From Prorocentrum cordatum (lineage: Eukaryota), in the NCBI GenBank assembly GCA_963575745.1, contig CAUYUJ010000314.1, positions 434,001-498,000 of the forward strand: a DNA stretch of 64,000 nt, in the 5' to 3' direction. This document shows, piece by piece, positions 22,084-33,758 of the stretch. Within the stretch, counting starts at the first letter, position 1, and every line of letters begins with the position of its first letter. The notes beneath the pieces are model-generated. The model was given only the letters and a program-made list of their open reading frames with translations. It did no database searches and was not told the DNA's origin. Position numbers and translations under genes: made by a program.

Positions 22084-23175
22084 AACGTATGTATGATGCG
22101 TGGATGCATGTCGAATGAAACGATCGCATGTTTGTTGAGGTCACAACATTGTTTTCAAACTTTTCTAAAACCGCTCGCTTGCAAAGTCAAGATGACATCA
22201 ACACGGTTTTTCATGGGATGAATCGGCCATTTCCATCTGGCAGTTGTGCGTTTCCATCTGAATGATGCAGAATTATCAATTGAAAATTGCCCAGCTCCCT
22301 ATGACAACTTATCCAGATGAGAAGGGAAACTTATACATCTATTGTATGACGCTCGTATATACTTTATGGGAGCGCTGTGCTGATGTCAGGCGACCGCCAT
22401 GCTACACACACAAACGGAATTGTACATCTCCAACAGAAATTACACGGATCTCACACTAAACCAACGCAGCTCTCACTTCATATTCCCACATTGTAATGAT
22501 GTGTTCGTTCCACTTTCATGTACATTGGTTGCATCTACCGCGAGACACCCAACTACTCGCGACCGGCAACTACAGTTTTCATATGGTAGCAACAAGCCGA
22601 GACGGTTCTGACATGGCAAAATGGCAATTTCCAATTGGAAGCCATACAGTTCACATATGAGTTTGCTTGAGCCTGTCGCCGCAATGCTTACAGTTATGAT
22701 GCCACACCGCGAATTCCTTACAGCTTTGAATGGGAATACAAGTAAGCCTCTTGTTGAAGCTATGCAACAGGCGTCTCCAGATTTTTTCAAGCGTAATATA
22801 CACCCTTCCACCTGAGGATTACATATCACATGCGGAAGTATACCATGAACCGATGAAGGTGCACACTTTTCCATATGAATGCTGCACAGCTCTGCAATGG
22901 CACCTACCCAGCTCTCGCATGATGCTTACACAAAGTCCAAGATGAAAACGATGGGCTGCCGTAGTGGGATTAGTCAGGTCTCAAATCAAGGGTGTACAGC
23001 TCCCCATCGATTACTTTATAATGCCCATGCGGCAGCTACCACACGCGGATACGAAGTATTTGCAGATCAAGTGTGGCAACTTTACCTAGATCATGCGATA
23101 TCCATACAATTCTGGTGTGCGAAGACGCTAGTTCCCAACAGCAGAGTAGCACAACGCTTGAATGGAACTACATAA
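22084..23175 (+). pseudogene. Possible decayed coding sequence of unknown origin in a lower-GC island
   Basis: ORFs 22399, 22621 and 22879 share one frame, which is broken only by TGA codons over ~1.1 kb. No recognisable motif. Confidence 0.3.
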
Positions 23176-23694
23176 CGTGGTACCACTTCCACTCTGGCAT
23201 GTATGCTGTTTCTCGAACACGTTTACATACAAGGGTTTCGTCAGGCTGTGGGATCGCGATCAGTCGTTTCACCATCCGACCCCTGGTGTGATGCTTAAGA
23301 CGGCGAGGTGCAATTCGGACTAGTCGGCTTTTCGGCCGGTTGCGATGTGCTCCATTCGGTTTGGGTTGGGGTCAGTGGGTTGCGATTGGTCCGTCATGCA
23401 TGTCCCAACCTTGGGTTGGACAAGTATGTCGCCGCGCACTTTCGTTCGCGACGCAAGGGATGTGTATTGGAGCGGCGGTCATGGCCCACGCGGGGTGACA
23501 CAGCCCCCTTGGGGCCGCGGGGCACGGGGTCACAATGGCCCCGTTGGGGTCCCGAGAGCTCCCCCAGAGGACTCCCGAGAGGGGTCACGCACCATGTCAC
23601 AAACATGCCCGCCAACACGGATGCGGGACAGCCGCAAGCTGGCAAGGTTCCACATTCGACGCGGCCATACATAAATATGAGTTCAGGGGAAGGA

Positions 23695-25500
23695 TTAGGA
23701 GGAGGAGGAGGAGGAGGAGGAGGAGGAGGAGGAGGAGGAGGAGAGGGAGCAGGAGGAGCAGGAGGAGGAGGAGGAGGATGCTGATGATGATGATGATGAC
23801 GATGATGATGCTGTTGCTGATGATGATGCTGATGATGATGATGATGATGATGATGCTGATGCTGATGCTGCTGCTGATGATGATGCTGATGATGATGATG
23901 TTGATGATGATGATGCTGATGATGATGCTGATGATGATGCTGATGATGATAATGATGATGCTGCTGCTGATGATGATGATGATGATGAGGAGGAGGAGGA
24001 GGAGGAGGATGAGGATGAGGAGGAGGAGGAGGAGCAGAGCAGGAGCAGGAGAGGAGGAGCAGGAGGAGCAGGAGGAGCAGGAGGTGGAGGAGGAGGAGGA
24101 GGAGGAGGAGGAGGAGGAGGAGGAGGAGGAGCAGGAGGAGCAGCAGGAGGAGGAGCAGGAGCAGGAGCAGCAGGAGGAGGACAGGAGGAGCAGTAGGAGG
24201 AAAGAGGATAAGGAGGCAGGACGAGGAGGAGAGAGGCAGCGGAGCAAGGAAAGGCGATGGAGTAGGAAAAGCAGGAAGGCGGAGGAGAAGGGGGGGGGTA
24301 CGGCGGTGGAGGCAGGCAGGGAAGGACGGCGGTAAAACAGGAAGGCGCGGCGAAGGAGGGCGGCGGAGGAAGGCGGATGCGGATTTTGAGACGGAGGAGG
24401 AGGATGAGGAAGGCGGTGGAGGAGAAAGGTGAGGGAGGCAGTGGAGGAGGGTGGTAGAGGACGAAGACCGCGGAGGAAAGTGGAGGAAGGCGGTGGAGCA
24501 CGAGGAAGGCGGAGGAGGAAGGCGGTGGAGGAGGAGAAGGTGGAGGTGGAGGAGGAGGAGGAGGAGGAGGAGGAGGAGGAGGAGGAGGAGGACAACGAGG
24601 GCGGGAGAGAGGCGGGGGGGGGGTGCAGGGGTTGGAGAGGGGAGGGGCGTTCGGAGGGAGTGGACGGGAGGCACGGGCGGGCAACGGCCTGGGGGGTGGG
24701 GGGCCTGCAGCGGGGGGGGGTCGGGCAAGCGGGGGCGCGCGGAGTCGGTGGGGCGGGGGGGTGCTGCCGTGCAGGATGCCGCCGCGCCGCGGCGAGCGGT
24801 CCCCCTCCTGCTCCTCCCGCTCCTCTGCCCTGGCATCCTCCTTCCTCCCTCCCTTCTCCCTCCCTTCTCCCTCCCTCCCTCCTCTCCCTCCTCCACATCC
24901 TTCTCTTTCTTGCCCTCGCCACCTCCTTCGAGTGCTCCCATCCCCCTCATCAACCTCATCCCTTTCTCCTCCTCCTCCTCCTCGTCCTTCTCCTGCTGCT
25001 CCTCCTCCTCCTCCTCCTCTTCTTCCTCCGCTGAATTATATTCCTCCTCCTCCTACTCCTCCTCCTCCTTCTCCTCCTTCTCCTCCTCCCCCTCCTCCTC
25101 CACACCCTCGCTCTCTTTCTCGTCCTCTTCCTACCACCTCGCTTCTGCCCCTCCGCTTTCATCCGCAGGCGTGGGTGCCGCTTAGCACAATGTCCGGCGC
25201 ATGCCACGCGCAGCTCGTCAGGGAGAAGCTCATCGAAGAGCTCCCCCGAGGGGAGCGCAGCTTGACCAAGAGGTGGTTCGAGGATCCTCCCGCCTTTGTT
25301 TGCATCTTCGGCCTCCCCGCGTCTTCCATGAGCTGAGGGAAGGCGGGGGAGGGGGATGATGAGAAGGAGGAGGAGGAGGCGGAGGAGGAAGAGGAGGAGG
25401 AGGAGGAGGAGGAGGAGGAGGATGGGGGGGAGCAGGGGGGAGTGAGGGATGGAGGGAGGGAGAAAGAGAGAGAGGATGGAGGGGGGATGCGGAGCAGTTG
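23695..25500. repeat. GAG/GAT/CTC microsatellite field
   Basis: Direct reading. Confidence 0.95.
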
Positions 25501-26695
25501 AAAGAGGACGACAGCGACGGCGAAGAGGGAAAGGGCTCGGTGGACGAGGCGGGGGGACTTGGAGAAGAGGGTGGGGGCACGAGAGAGCGTGTGAGAAAAC
25601 GAGCGAGAGGCAGTTCGGACAGCGGGTACCCGGGCGCGGGGCTACAAGCGCCACCTGGCGCCCGCCTCTTGCGGCGGGAGGGGCCGCATGTTCGAAGACG
25701 AGGGTGGCCAGAAAACCTTCCCCCTGGCGCGGTCTATTGGGGACTGCGACCGACTGGAAATCCAAGTAGGGCATGGCGATGCCGGCGTGGCCTTCCACAT
25801 CTGCACGCCCACCGTTGAAAGAGGCCCCGGGAACAGCGCGCTCTGGCGTGCGCGCCTCGGGGACCCTACAACGAGGCGTCGCGGAGGGGCACTCCCCGCA
25901 GCAACCTGCGGCGCGATCCGTGGAACGTGTTGCTGGGCGTTCTCGGGGGACGCAGCAAGAGGAAGTCAGCGGTTGTTGCGCGGGCGGTGGGCGTCGGGCC
26001 TCGCCCGGATGGCCTCGGGGACGGGGGCTCCAGGGGGACGAGGCGGTGGAGACACCAGGTGGACGGCGTCCCCGGCGGAGTGAGCTCGCTGGAGTCTTGC
26101 GAGGAGAGGCCCGGACTGCTCATGAGCGCGCGACGCAGCGTGTGTGCGAGGCGCGTGGCGCGCTCTTGGAGCGCGGCGATGCTGGCACGGAGATCCGATC
26201 CGCGGGCGGTCTGGCCACGGCCCGCCGCGAGGCAGCGGGCGAGGGCACGGCGCCCGTCGGGGGGCGACCGGCCGTCCCTGTCGGGGTCCCCGCTGCCCTG
26301 ACGCGACGTCCACACTTCGGCCACGCGCCTACGGAGGTAGGGGGGCGGGGGGAAGGCTTCTTAGAAGCGCCCTTTCCCAGAAACCGCCCTGGCCTTGCCT
26401 GTAGATGTCGGGCCGGCGCCTTTTCAGAAGCAGTTTCCTTCCAAGACGCCCTCCCCCCTGCCCGTATCCTCTTGCGCGCGCCGCCAGTCTCCTGGGGGGG
26501 AGGGGCGCGCGCTGGGCGGCGGGGGCTCCCGCAGAAGGGGGCGCTCGGCGCTCGGCGCGTCAGGCCTGGGTGGGCCCTGGGGGGGCCTCGGGGGACCGGG
26601 CCCGGCTGGCCTGGTGGGCCAGGGGGGGGGGCGCATTGCATTGGAGAGGAGCGGGTGTGGGCCCGCGCGGTGAAGTTCGCTCCTGCGTATAATTG

Positions 26696-26897
26696 TAGGG
26701 GAACAAAAAGTGGCATAAACATCATAAAAATTCGAAGGTCCGCGCGGATTTCTCGGATCGCCGCTGGGGTCCCCCAGCGGCGCCTCCGGCGCCGCCCCTG
26801 GCGCGCTCCGCGCTCCAGGGAGGGGGGTCCAGCGCCGATCCGAGAAATCCGCGCGAACCTCAGAGTTTTTATGTTTATGTATTTTTTTCTTCCCCTA
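26696..26897. mobile_element. MITE family A, full copy
   Basis: taggggaacaaaaagtggcataaac...gtttttatgtttatg...ttccccta. Confidence 0.9.
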
Positions 26898-26899
26898 GT

Positions 26900-27450
26900 A
26901 TACCCATCCCGACGGTCGGGACCGGGCAGGGTGCGGTGTCGGCGATCGTGGGTGGCCACCGCCACGCTGCGCAGCACGGCTACGAGCTCGTGGCGCCACT
27001 GGGCCGCGTCAGCAGCATCCTGCGGCAGCCGGTGAAGGCGTGCGCCCGTTGAAGCCAGCTCGTGGGCGTGTCGGTTACACGCCTCGGCAATAGGCGTGAT
27101 GAGGCCGTCGTTGATCCCTTGGTCGCCGAGGTTGCTCTCGACTTTTTCGACCAGGAAGAGGTCTGGCTTAGCCTGCACCACGCTATGGATGTCCCGCCAG
27201 AGGTCAACCTGGGACCCCGTCGCAGGAGGAGGGTGCCCCGCGAGGAAGGCTTCGAACCTGACAGGACAAGAACGGAAAGCGCCGTTTTTGTCCACCAAGC
27301 GTGTCAGAGAAAGTATGGTGTAGAACGTCAACGAAGCCTAGAAACGCAGCACAACAAATTAAGACACATGCTGCCGGTTCACTGCGATGGCCTGCCGCGC
27401 TGGTCTGCCGTGCTGGTCTGCGAGGGGGGGAAAGGGACGACGTACGGGAC
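26900..27450 (-). pseudogene. Decayed RNase H domain of a non-LTR retrotransposon
   Basis: VDLWRDIHSVV...LVEKVESNL...GLITPIAEACNRHAHELASTGARLH follows the RNase HI pattern DLW...KVxxH...GNxxADxLAxxGA, with the conserved His and Asp substituted. Confidence 0.7.
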
Positions 27451-27455
27451 ATGCG

Positions 27456-27456
27456 A

Positions 27457-27548
<92 letters not shown>
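27456..27548. repeat. (GTC)n microsatellite
   Basis: Pure run. Confidence 0.95.
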
Positions 27549-27549
<1 letters not shown>

Positions 27550-28379
27550 CGGGAAAGGGGTGGAAGACCCCTGCCACAGCACTGGGCGAGGCCGCAGGCA
27601 TCCGCCGATCCTGGAAGAACATCCGCCGACCCACGAAACATACAGGTGCTGTGAAGCCGTGTGTCTTTGTGGTGATCCTTTTGGAGCCGTGCTGGTGTGA
27701 AGACTTTGGTAGGACATACTGAAGTCAAGCAAAAAAGCCTTGCGAGAATCAATTGGGCGTCCCTTGGGGCTCTTTTGGGCCGGCTTGGGCCTCTCTCGGG
27801 GCGGGGTGCAGCTCGGACCCCATCAGCAGAAAAAAGTGGATTCAGAAGAACGGTGCACGCCAGAGGCGCTTCCCGTCATCTGCTGCCCTGGGCACATGAT
27901 GGACTTCGCGTGCCGTCTAGGGCTCTTGGGGCTCTTTTGGGGTCTCTGGTGCCCTCTGAGGAGCCTGTTGAAGGCCTGTTGGGAGCCCGTTGGGAACCTT
28001 TCGGAAGCCTCTTGGGGGCTTCTGTGACCCTCTTGGACTGTCTTGGGGCTCTCTGTAGCAGTCCCGGGGCCTCTTCGGGCGCTCTTGGAAGCCTTTGGGC
28101 GCTCCTTGGGGGTCTCTTGGGGCCTCTGGGCGCCTTTTGGGGGCCTCTTGTGGGCCTCTTGTGGGTCTCTTGGGGTGCTGTGGGTGTCCTTTGGGTAGCC
28201 TTCGGGAGCTCTCTTGGGCCGTTTTGGAGCCCTCCAGGAGCGATTCCCAGATGATGTGGTTTCGGAGCCCCCTCCGGGGCCGATTTTTTGAGGATGTCTC
28301 GAGCGACACGGCCATTTTTCCGGAGCCTGATCGGACAAGAACGGGAAGCGTCTTTTTGTGTGTTGGGCTTATGCGATAT

Positions 28380-29503
28380 CTGCCATGCTCCTGGATGTCC
28401 TGCCGTGCTAATGCGTGTTCTGCCGTGTTCCTGATTGTTCTGCTGAATTCCTGTGTATTCTGTGTGTTCTGCCGAGTTCCTGCGTGTTCTGCCGTGTTCC
28501 TGTGTGTTCTGCCGTGCTCCTGTGTGTTCTGCGGTGCTACTGCGTGTTCTGCCGTGCTCCTGTTATTCAGTGCATTCTGCCGTGCTCCTCGTGCTCCTGT
28601 GTGTTCTGCCGTGCTCCTGTGCACCTGCGGGGTTCTGCCGTGTTCCTGTGTGTTCTGAGGTGCTCCTGTGTGTTCTGCGTGTTCTGCCGTGCTCCTCGTG
28701 CTCCTGCGTGTTTTACAATGTTCCTGTGTGTTCTGCCGTGCTCCTGCGTGTTCTTCCACATGGTCTGCCATGCGCCTGCGTGTTCTGCCGTGCTCCTGTG
28801 TGTTTTGCCTTGCTCCTGCGCGTTCTGCCGCGCTCCTGTGGATTTTGCGTGTTCTGCCGTGCTCCTGAGTGTTCTGCCGTATTCCTATGTGTCCCGCCGT
28901 TCTCACATGTATTCTGCATGACCTGCGGGGTTCTGCTATGCTCCAGCGTGGTATGCCGTGCTCCCGTGCTTCTGCATGTTCTGCCGTGCTCCTGTGTATT
29001 TGTGTTTTCTGCCGTGCTCATCATGCTCTTCTGTGCTCTGCCGTACTCCTGTGTGTTCTGCCGTGCTCCTGCGTGTTCTGCCGTGCTCCTGCGTGTTCTG
29101 CCGTGCTCCTGCGTGTTCTGCCGTGCTCCCGTGTGTTCCGTGTGTTCTGCCGTGCTCTTGCGTGTTTTGCCTTGCTCCTGTGTGTTCTGCCGTGCTCCCG
29201 AATGTTCTTTGGGTTCTGCCGTGCTCCTGCGTGTTCTGCCGTGCTCCTGCATGTTCTGCCGTGCTCCTGCGTATTGTGTGTTTTCTGCCGTGCTCATCAT
29301 GCTCTTCTGTGCTCTTCCGTGTTCGTGCGTGTTCTGCCGTGCTCTTGTGTGTTCTGCCGGGCTCGCGAATGTTCTTTGGGTCCTGCCGTGCTACTGCGTG
29401 AACTGCCGTGCTCCTCATGCTCTTCTGTGCTCTGCCGTGCTCCAGTGGGCTTTGCCGCGCTCCTGTTTTTTTTTATGCCGTGCTCCCGAATGTTATTCGG
29501 GTT
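28380..29503 (+). repeat. 20-bp satellite GTGTTCTGCCGTGCTCCTGY, left part
   Basis: Dozens of tandem degenerate units. Confidence 0.95.
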
Positions 29504-29790
29504 AAAGTTAAAGTTAAAGAAGGGGCCTTCAAGGCGGAGTGGTGGGGCCAAACGGCCAAAAGACACGCTCACCCGAGAGGGGCCGCCTAGGGCCGCCTCT
29601 CGCGGGGGCTCCGCAGGGCCACCCACCCGAGAGGGGCCACCTTGGGCCGCCTCTCGCCTTCCAGCGGGGCCGCCTTGGGCCACCGCCCACCGTGAACTCG
29701 ACTGCGACTGAACACAGGAGTCTTCACACACAGGCAAAACAGCTCTACACACGGATACAACCGAATGCAACTGCACGCCAACTCACTCAC

Positions 29791-31005
29791 TCACTCTCCT
29801 CTCGCGATTCCTGCCCTCCGAGGGCGGCTCGGGACTCGGCCCCGCCACGCTCCTCGAGCTGCGGAAGCGGAGGCGTACTCGCTGGTCTCCTTCACTACCT
29901 CCTCGGTGGTACTGGGGGATAGCTCCAGCCAAGCCTTGGCCACAGAAGCACGAGCCCTCCACCAAGCAGAAGATGAAGGCCGTGGTTGCACCGCCCGCTC
30001 AGGAGGCCCTGCAGCAGGAACGACAGGAGCACGAGCACACAGGCCTGAGAAACACTGCTCACCACCTGTGAAGCTAGCCTCGTCGACCTGGTCCTCAACC
30101 ACCATCGTATCCTGTGCCCTCGACAACGGCGGAGAAATGCTGGACGAACTTCGACCCCTGCAAGAATCAAACTCTGCTCCACTGAGCGGCTCCTGCAGCT
30201 GCGGAATACCCACGCAGCACAAACCAGAGAAAAGCGTGGCACCACAGGTGCACAGCATGCCCTTCGCATGCCCAAACTCGCACGCAGTATCCAGAGACAG
30301 CCACTTCGCAGAATAGAGCTGTTCACGGAACTGTTCAAAAACGCTAGCCACAATAGCAGAAGGTGGGAGCGCAGCAACTGAAATTGGATGAACTGCTGCA
30401 CTGCGGAGCCTCGAGAACAACTCACCACAAGTGAGACGCGAAACCCCGGCCTGGCCCTCCAGCACAGCTGTGCCACGAACCTCCTGCCTTGGCGAAAATG
30501 TGGAACAAGGATCCTCCCTGCCCGCAACCTGGACGGCGGGCTTGTCCTCATCCACCACAACTGGCCCGTCTGGTGCTGCCCGTGCACTGTCGAGAACTAC
30601 CTCCTGACACTGCTCACGATGGCTAGGATGACGAACTTCCAATCGAGATCCACGCTGCCATTTACGGAGCTGCTGTGTCGATGCCCGAGCTACTTCTTCA
30701 CCAGCAGGGACCTCTGCATGCAGCGCGACATTGCGCCTCAGCTGGTCGGTGTGCCCAGGGATGCGGCCCGCAAGCCGCGCCGCGAGTGCGGGGATGAGCG
30801 CGACCACCCTGTCACCAACCTCAGTGCCGCCGAAAAGCAAAGCAACTGCCTCCTTGAGGCAGGTGTACTCGCGAATGAGAACTGCATTCTCCTGCTGGAG
30901 CTTCAGGACTGCACGGTCGGCCGCGCCCTTTGCAGCCTGCCGGGCAGCATTCCGCTCCGCTGCTGACTTCCTGGGGCGCCAACTCGGCGTGCCCTCCCGC
31001 GCCAT
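29791..31005 (-). CDS. 404-aa intronless protein of unknown function (basic and coiled-coil-like N-terminus; possibly LINE ORF1-like)
   Basis: ATG lies 30 nt downstream of the SL relict; the ORF is uninterrupted; no RT, endonuclease or RNase H motifs. Confidence 0.65.
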   Translation of the reverse strand: MAREGTPSWRPRKSAAERNAARQAAKGAADRAVLKLQQENAVLIREYTCLKEAVALLFGGTEVGDRVVALIPALAARLAGRIPGHTDQLRRNVALHAEVPAGEEVARASTQQLRKWQRGSRLEVRHPSHREQCQEVVLDSARAAPDGPVVVDEDKPAVQVAGREDPCSTFSPRQEVRGTAVLEGQAGVSRLTCGELFSRLRSAAVHPISVAALPPSAIVASVFEQFREQLYSAKWLSLDTACEFGHAKGMLCTCGATLFSGLCCVGIPQLQEPLSGAEFDSCRGRSSSSISPPLSRAQDTMVVEDQVDEASFTGGEQCFSGLCARAPVVPAAGPPERAVQPRPSSSAWWRARASVAKAWLELSPSTTEEVVKETSEYASASAARGAWRGRVPSRPRRAGIARGE

Positions 31006-31035
31006 CGCAAGCCCAAGCGAACCTGAACCAGCTGG

Positions 31036-31072
31036 CTTGAGCCAAAATGGCTTGAGCCAAAATGGCTACGGA
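31036..31072 (-). other. Dinoflagellate spliced leader (exact 22-mer) plus tandem 15-nt relict
   Basis: The minus strand reads TCCGTAGCCATTTTGGCTCAAG CCATTTTGGCTCAAG. Confidence 0.97.
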
Positions 31073-31074
31073 AT

Positions 31075-31400
31075 AATGTTATTCGGGTTCTGCCGTGCTC
31101 CTGCGTGTTCTGCCGTGCTCCTGTGTGTTAGAGTTAGAGACGGGGCCTTCGTGCTCCTGCGTGTTCTGCCGTGCTCCTGTGTGTTCTGCCGTGCTCCCGT
31201 GAATTCCGTGTGGTTTGCGGTGCTCCTGCGTGTTATGCCGTGCTCCTGCGTGTTCTGCCCTGCTCTTGTGCATTCTGTGTGTCCTACCGTGCTCCTTGTG
31301 ATCCTGTGTAGCCTGCCATGCTCCTGTGTGTTCTGCCGTGGTCTCGCGCGTTCTGCTGTGCTTCTGCGTGTTGGGCTGCCGTGAGCCTGCCCATGTTCTG
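31075..31400 (+). repeat. 20-bp satellite, right part
   Basis: The same unit resumes after the TSD. Confidence 0.9.
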
Positions 31401-31819
31401 GAGATGTCCCAGGCGAGAAGCTGAGTTTTAACACGCATGATCTTCAATCAGCTTTTTCAGCATCTCATTTTGTCGAGGATGTCTCAGGCGATATCCCCAT
31501 TGCCATACGTTTGTTAATTTCGCGGTTTTCAGTTTCTGGTGGATGTCTCAGGCGAAATGTTTGTTTTTGTTGCAAACAACGTATGTTTCTGAGGATGTCT
31601 CGAGCGAAATGCTAAAGCTGAGGAATCTCGAGGGCGCTCTTGGTGTCATATGGGGCCTCGTTTGGGTCTCGTTTGGGGCTGTCTCGATCCTCTAAAACAT
31701 GATGGTACGATGTCACACACATCACTGTTTTGAGGATGTCCCCAGCGAGCTCGTCATGTTTCCCACATCCAAAGTGGGGTTATTCTTTTCTCTGGACACC
31801 CCGCGCAGGAACCAGAACA

Positions 31820-32230
31820 CACTACATCATCACCCACTCACTCGCGCACTCGCTCACCCACCCACTCATCATCACCACTCATTTAGTCAGTCATCACGTC
31901 GCCATCACTCACATACACTTTTCACCATCAACATCAGTAGCATCATCACCACATCATCATCAGCATCAGTAACATCATCACCATCACTCACTCACTCACT
32001 CACTCACTCACGCATTCACTCCCTCTCATCCCTTCACCCATCATCATCACAATCACCGTCGTCATCATTCACACACTCACTCACACTCACATTCACTCAC
32101 ACAGGCCATCTTGATCACCTTGACCACCACTCGATCACACACTCACTCACCCACTCACTCATCATCTGCACCATCCTCATCACTAGCAGCACCCATTCAG
32201 TCATTCACTCACTCACTCGCCCACTCATTC
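31820..32230. repeat. (CACT)n/(CAT)n low-complexity repeat
   Basis: Direct reading. Confidence 0.85.
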
Positions 32231-32234
32231 GCTA

Positions 32235-32332
32235 GCTTGAATATGGGGGAAATATCAAGCGGGAGGCTCGTCTGTGAGTGAACTGCGAGGACGTCTCAGG
32301 CGGGAGCCCTCTCCCTATGGGGCCCGCACTCC

Positions 32333-32381
<49 letters not shown>

Positions 32382-33060
32382 TATATATATATATATATAT
32401 ATATGTATATGTGTAGACAAATATATATATATATATATATATACCCATAACCCGAGCGGGTCACCCTCGAACCTGATACTGTCGTCACTTCTGGGCTCCC
32501 GAAGCTGAAGCTTGAATATGGGGGAAGTATCAGGCGGGCGGCTCGTCTGTGAGTGAACTGCGAGGAAGTCTCAGGCGGGACTCCCCTCCCTATGGGGCCC
32601 TTATTTTTTTATATCAAAAACGAACATGTAACGGTCGTCACTTTTAAGCTCCTGAGGCTTGAATAGAGGGGAAGTATCAGGCGGGAGGCTCGTCTGTGAG
32701 TGAACTGTGAGGAAATCTTAGGCGGGAGCCCCCTCGCTGTGGGTTCGTATTTCATGTTTTCAGTCCGAGCGGGTCATCCTCAAACTTGTAACTGTTGTCA
32801 CCTTTGGGCTCCTGAGGCCTGAGTGTGGGGGAAGTATCAGGCGGGACGCTCGTCTGTGACTGAATTGAGAGGGAGTCTCAGGTGGGAGCCCCTTCCCTAT
32901 GGTTCCAGCAATTCATGTTTTTGATCAGAGCGGGTCATCCTAAACCTGGTAACTGTCGTCACTTTGGGGTTCCCGAGGCTTGAATTTGGAGGAAGTATCA
33001 GGCGGGGGGCCTCGTTTGTGAGTGAACTGAGGAAGTCTCAGGCGGAAGCCCCCTCCCGAT
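32235..33060 (+). repeat. Five tandem ~150-160-bp units; the first carries a (TA)n expansion at ~32336-32442
   Basis: gcttgaatatgggggaagtatcaggcgggaggctcgtctgtgagtgaactg.gagga.gtctcaggcggga at 32235, 32510, 32657, 32817 and 32978. Confidence 0.9.
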
Positions 33061-33758
33061 GCGTTCTTCAGAGGGCGATTCGCCACACCACGGCAGCGCA
33101 GGAAGAGCTAAAGAAGAAGTTGGGACTCGGGCGGCGCAGGAGCAACGGGCCACGATCGTGTCCTTCGAGTTCCACCGCGAAAACGAGCAGCGGCACGAGG
33201 AGTGCTCGGCAGGCCAGCTCATTCGCCCCCGTTTCCTACCGGGCTGCAGGTGCACGGCTTCAAGGAGTCTCCGATCTACCAGGTGGTCCCCGAGGTGCTG
33301 CGACAGGGCGCCGAAGACGCCGACGACGACGGCCAGGCCGAGGCACGGGCTCGGAGCTTGCTGATGTTCAGGCCCAGCGAGCAGGAATTCACGCGGCAGA
33401 GCTCGGGGCCGCACACCGCGCGCCGCTCGGGGATCACTCGGACTCACGCGTCCTATCTCACCTCCGCGCTGTCGCATGGCCAAAAGGCGTCGCCATCGAT
33501 TGCGCGAGGGACGAGGACGCTGGCCGCACGGGCACGTCGGACGACCAGTGGTGGCTGCACCTCTACGTCATGCTCTCCCGCGCCACGTGCGCGCGGAACA
33601 TGCGGATCCTGCGGCCGCCCACGCGGGAGTTTTTGGAGCGCGGGCCGCCGGCGTCCTTGTGGAAGGCGTTCGAGAAGTTCGGCGAGAAAGCGGAGAGCTC
33701 CAGGGATGAGGCCGAGCAGCTCGCCGCAGAGATTGGCTTCGTGCTGCCGCCCGCCTGA
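33060..33758 (+). pseudogene. Frameshifted C-terminal fragment of a PIF1-type SF1 helicase (Helitron RepHel-like)
   Basis: RRSGITRTHASYLTSALSHGQ resembles motif V (RxQxPLxxAxAxTxHKSQG). In another frame VAIDC...WLHLYVMLSRAT resembles motif VI (YVALSR). Confidence 0.75.

Larger units (their letters stand above)
29504..31074 (-). mobile_element. SL-headed non-autonomous retroposon or retrocopy with (CTTTAA)3 tail and 15-bp TSD
   Basis: TSD AATGTTATTCGGGTT at 29489-29503 and 31075-31089; DinoSL at the 5' end; tail gttaaagttaaagttaaag at 29501-29519; interrupts the 20-bp satellite. Confidence 0.92.

Noticed and set aside
22084..23175. Organelle-derived insertion with TGA=Trp
   Set aside because: No resemblance to cox1, cox3, cob or plastid proteins, and not AT-rich enough; CpG decay is simpler.
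25200..25800. Possible reverse-transcriptase remnants on the minus strand (YLDFQS.., LPSGELF)
   Set aside because: Too degenerate; no YxDD or intact QG motif.
31036..31072. SL RNA gene
   Set aside because: The SL is followed by a relict and an ORF, not by a GT donor and SL intron, and it lies within a TSD-flanked insert.
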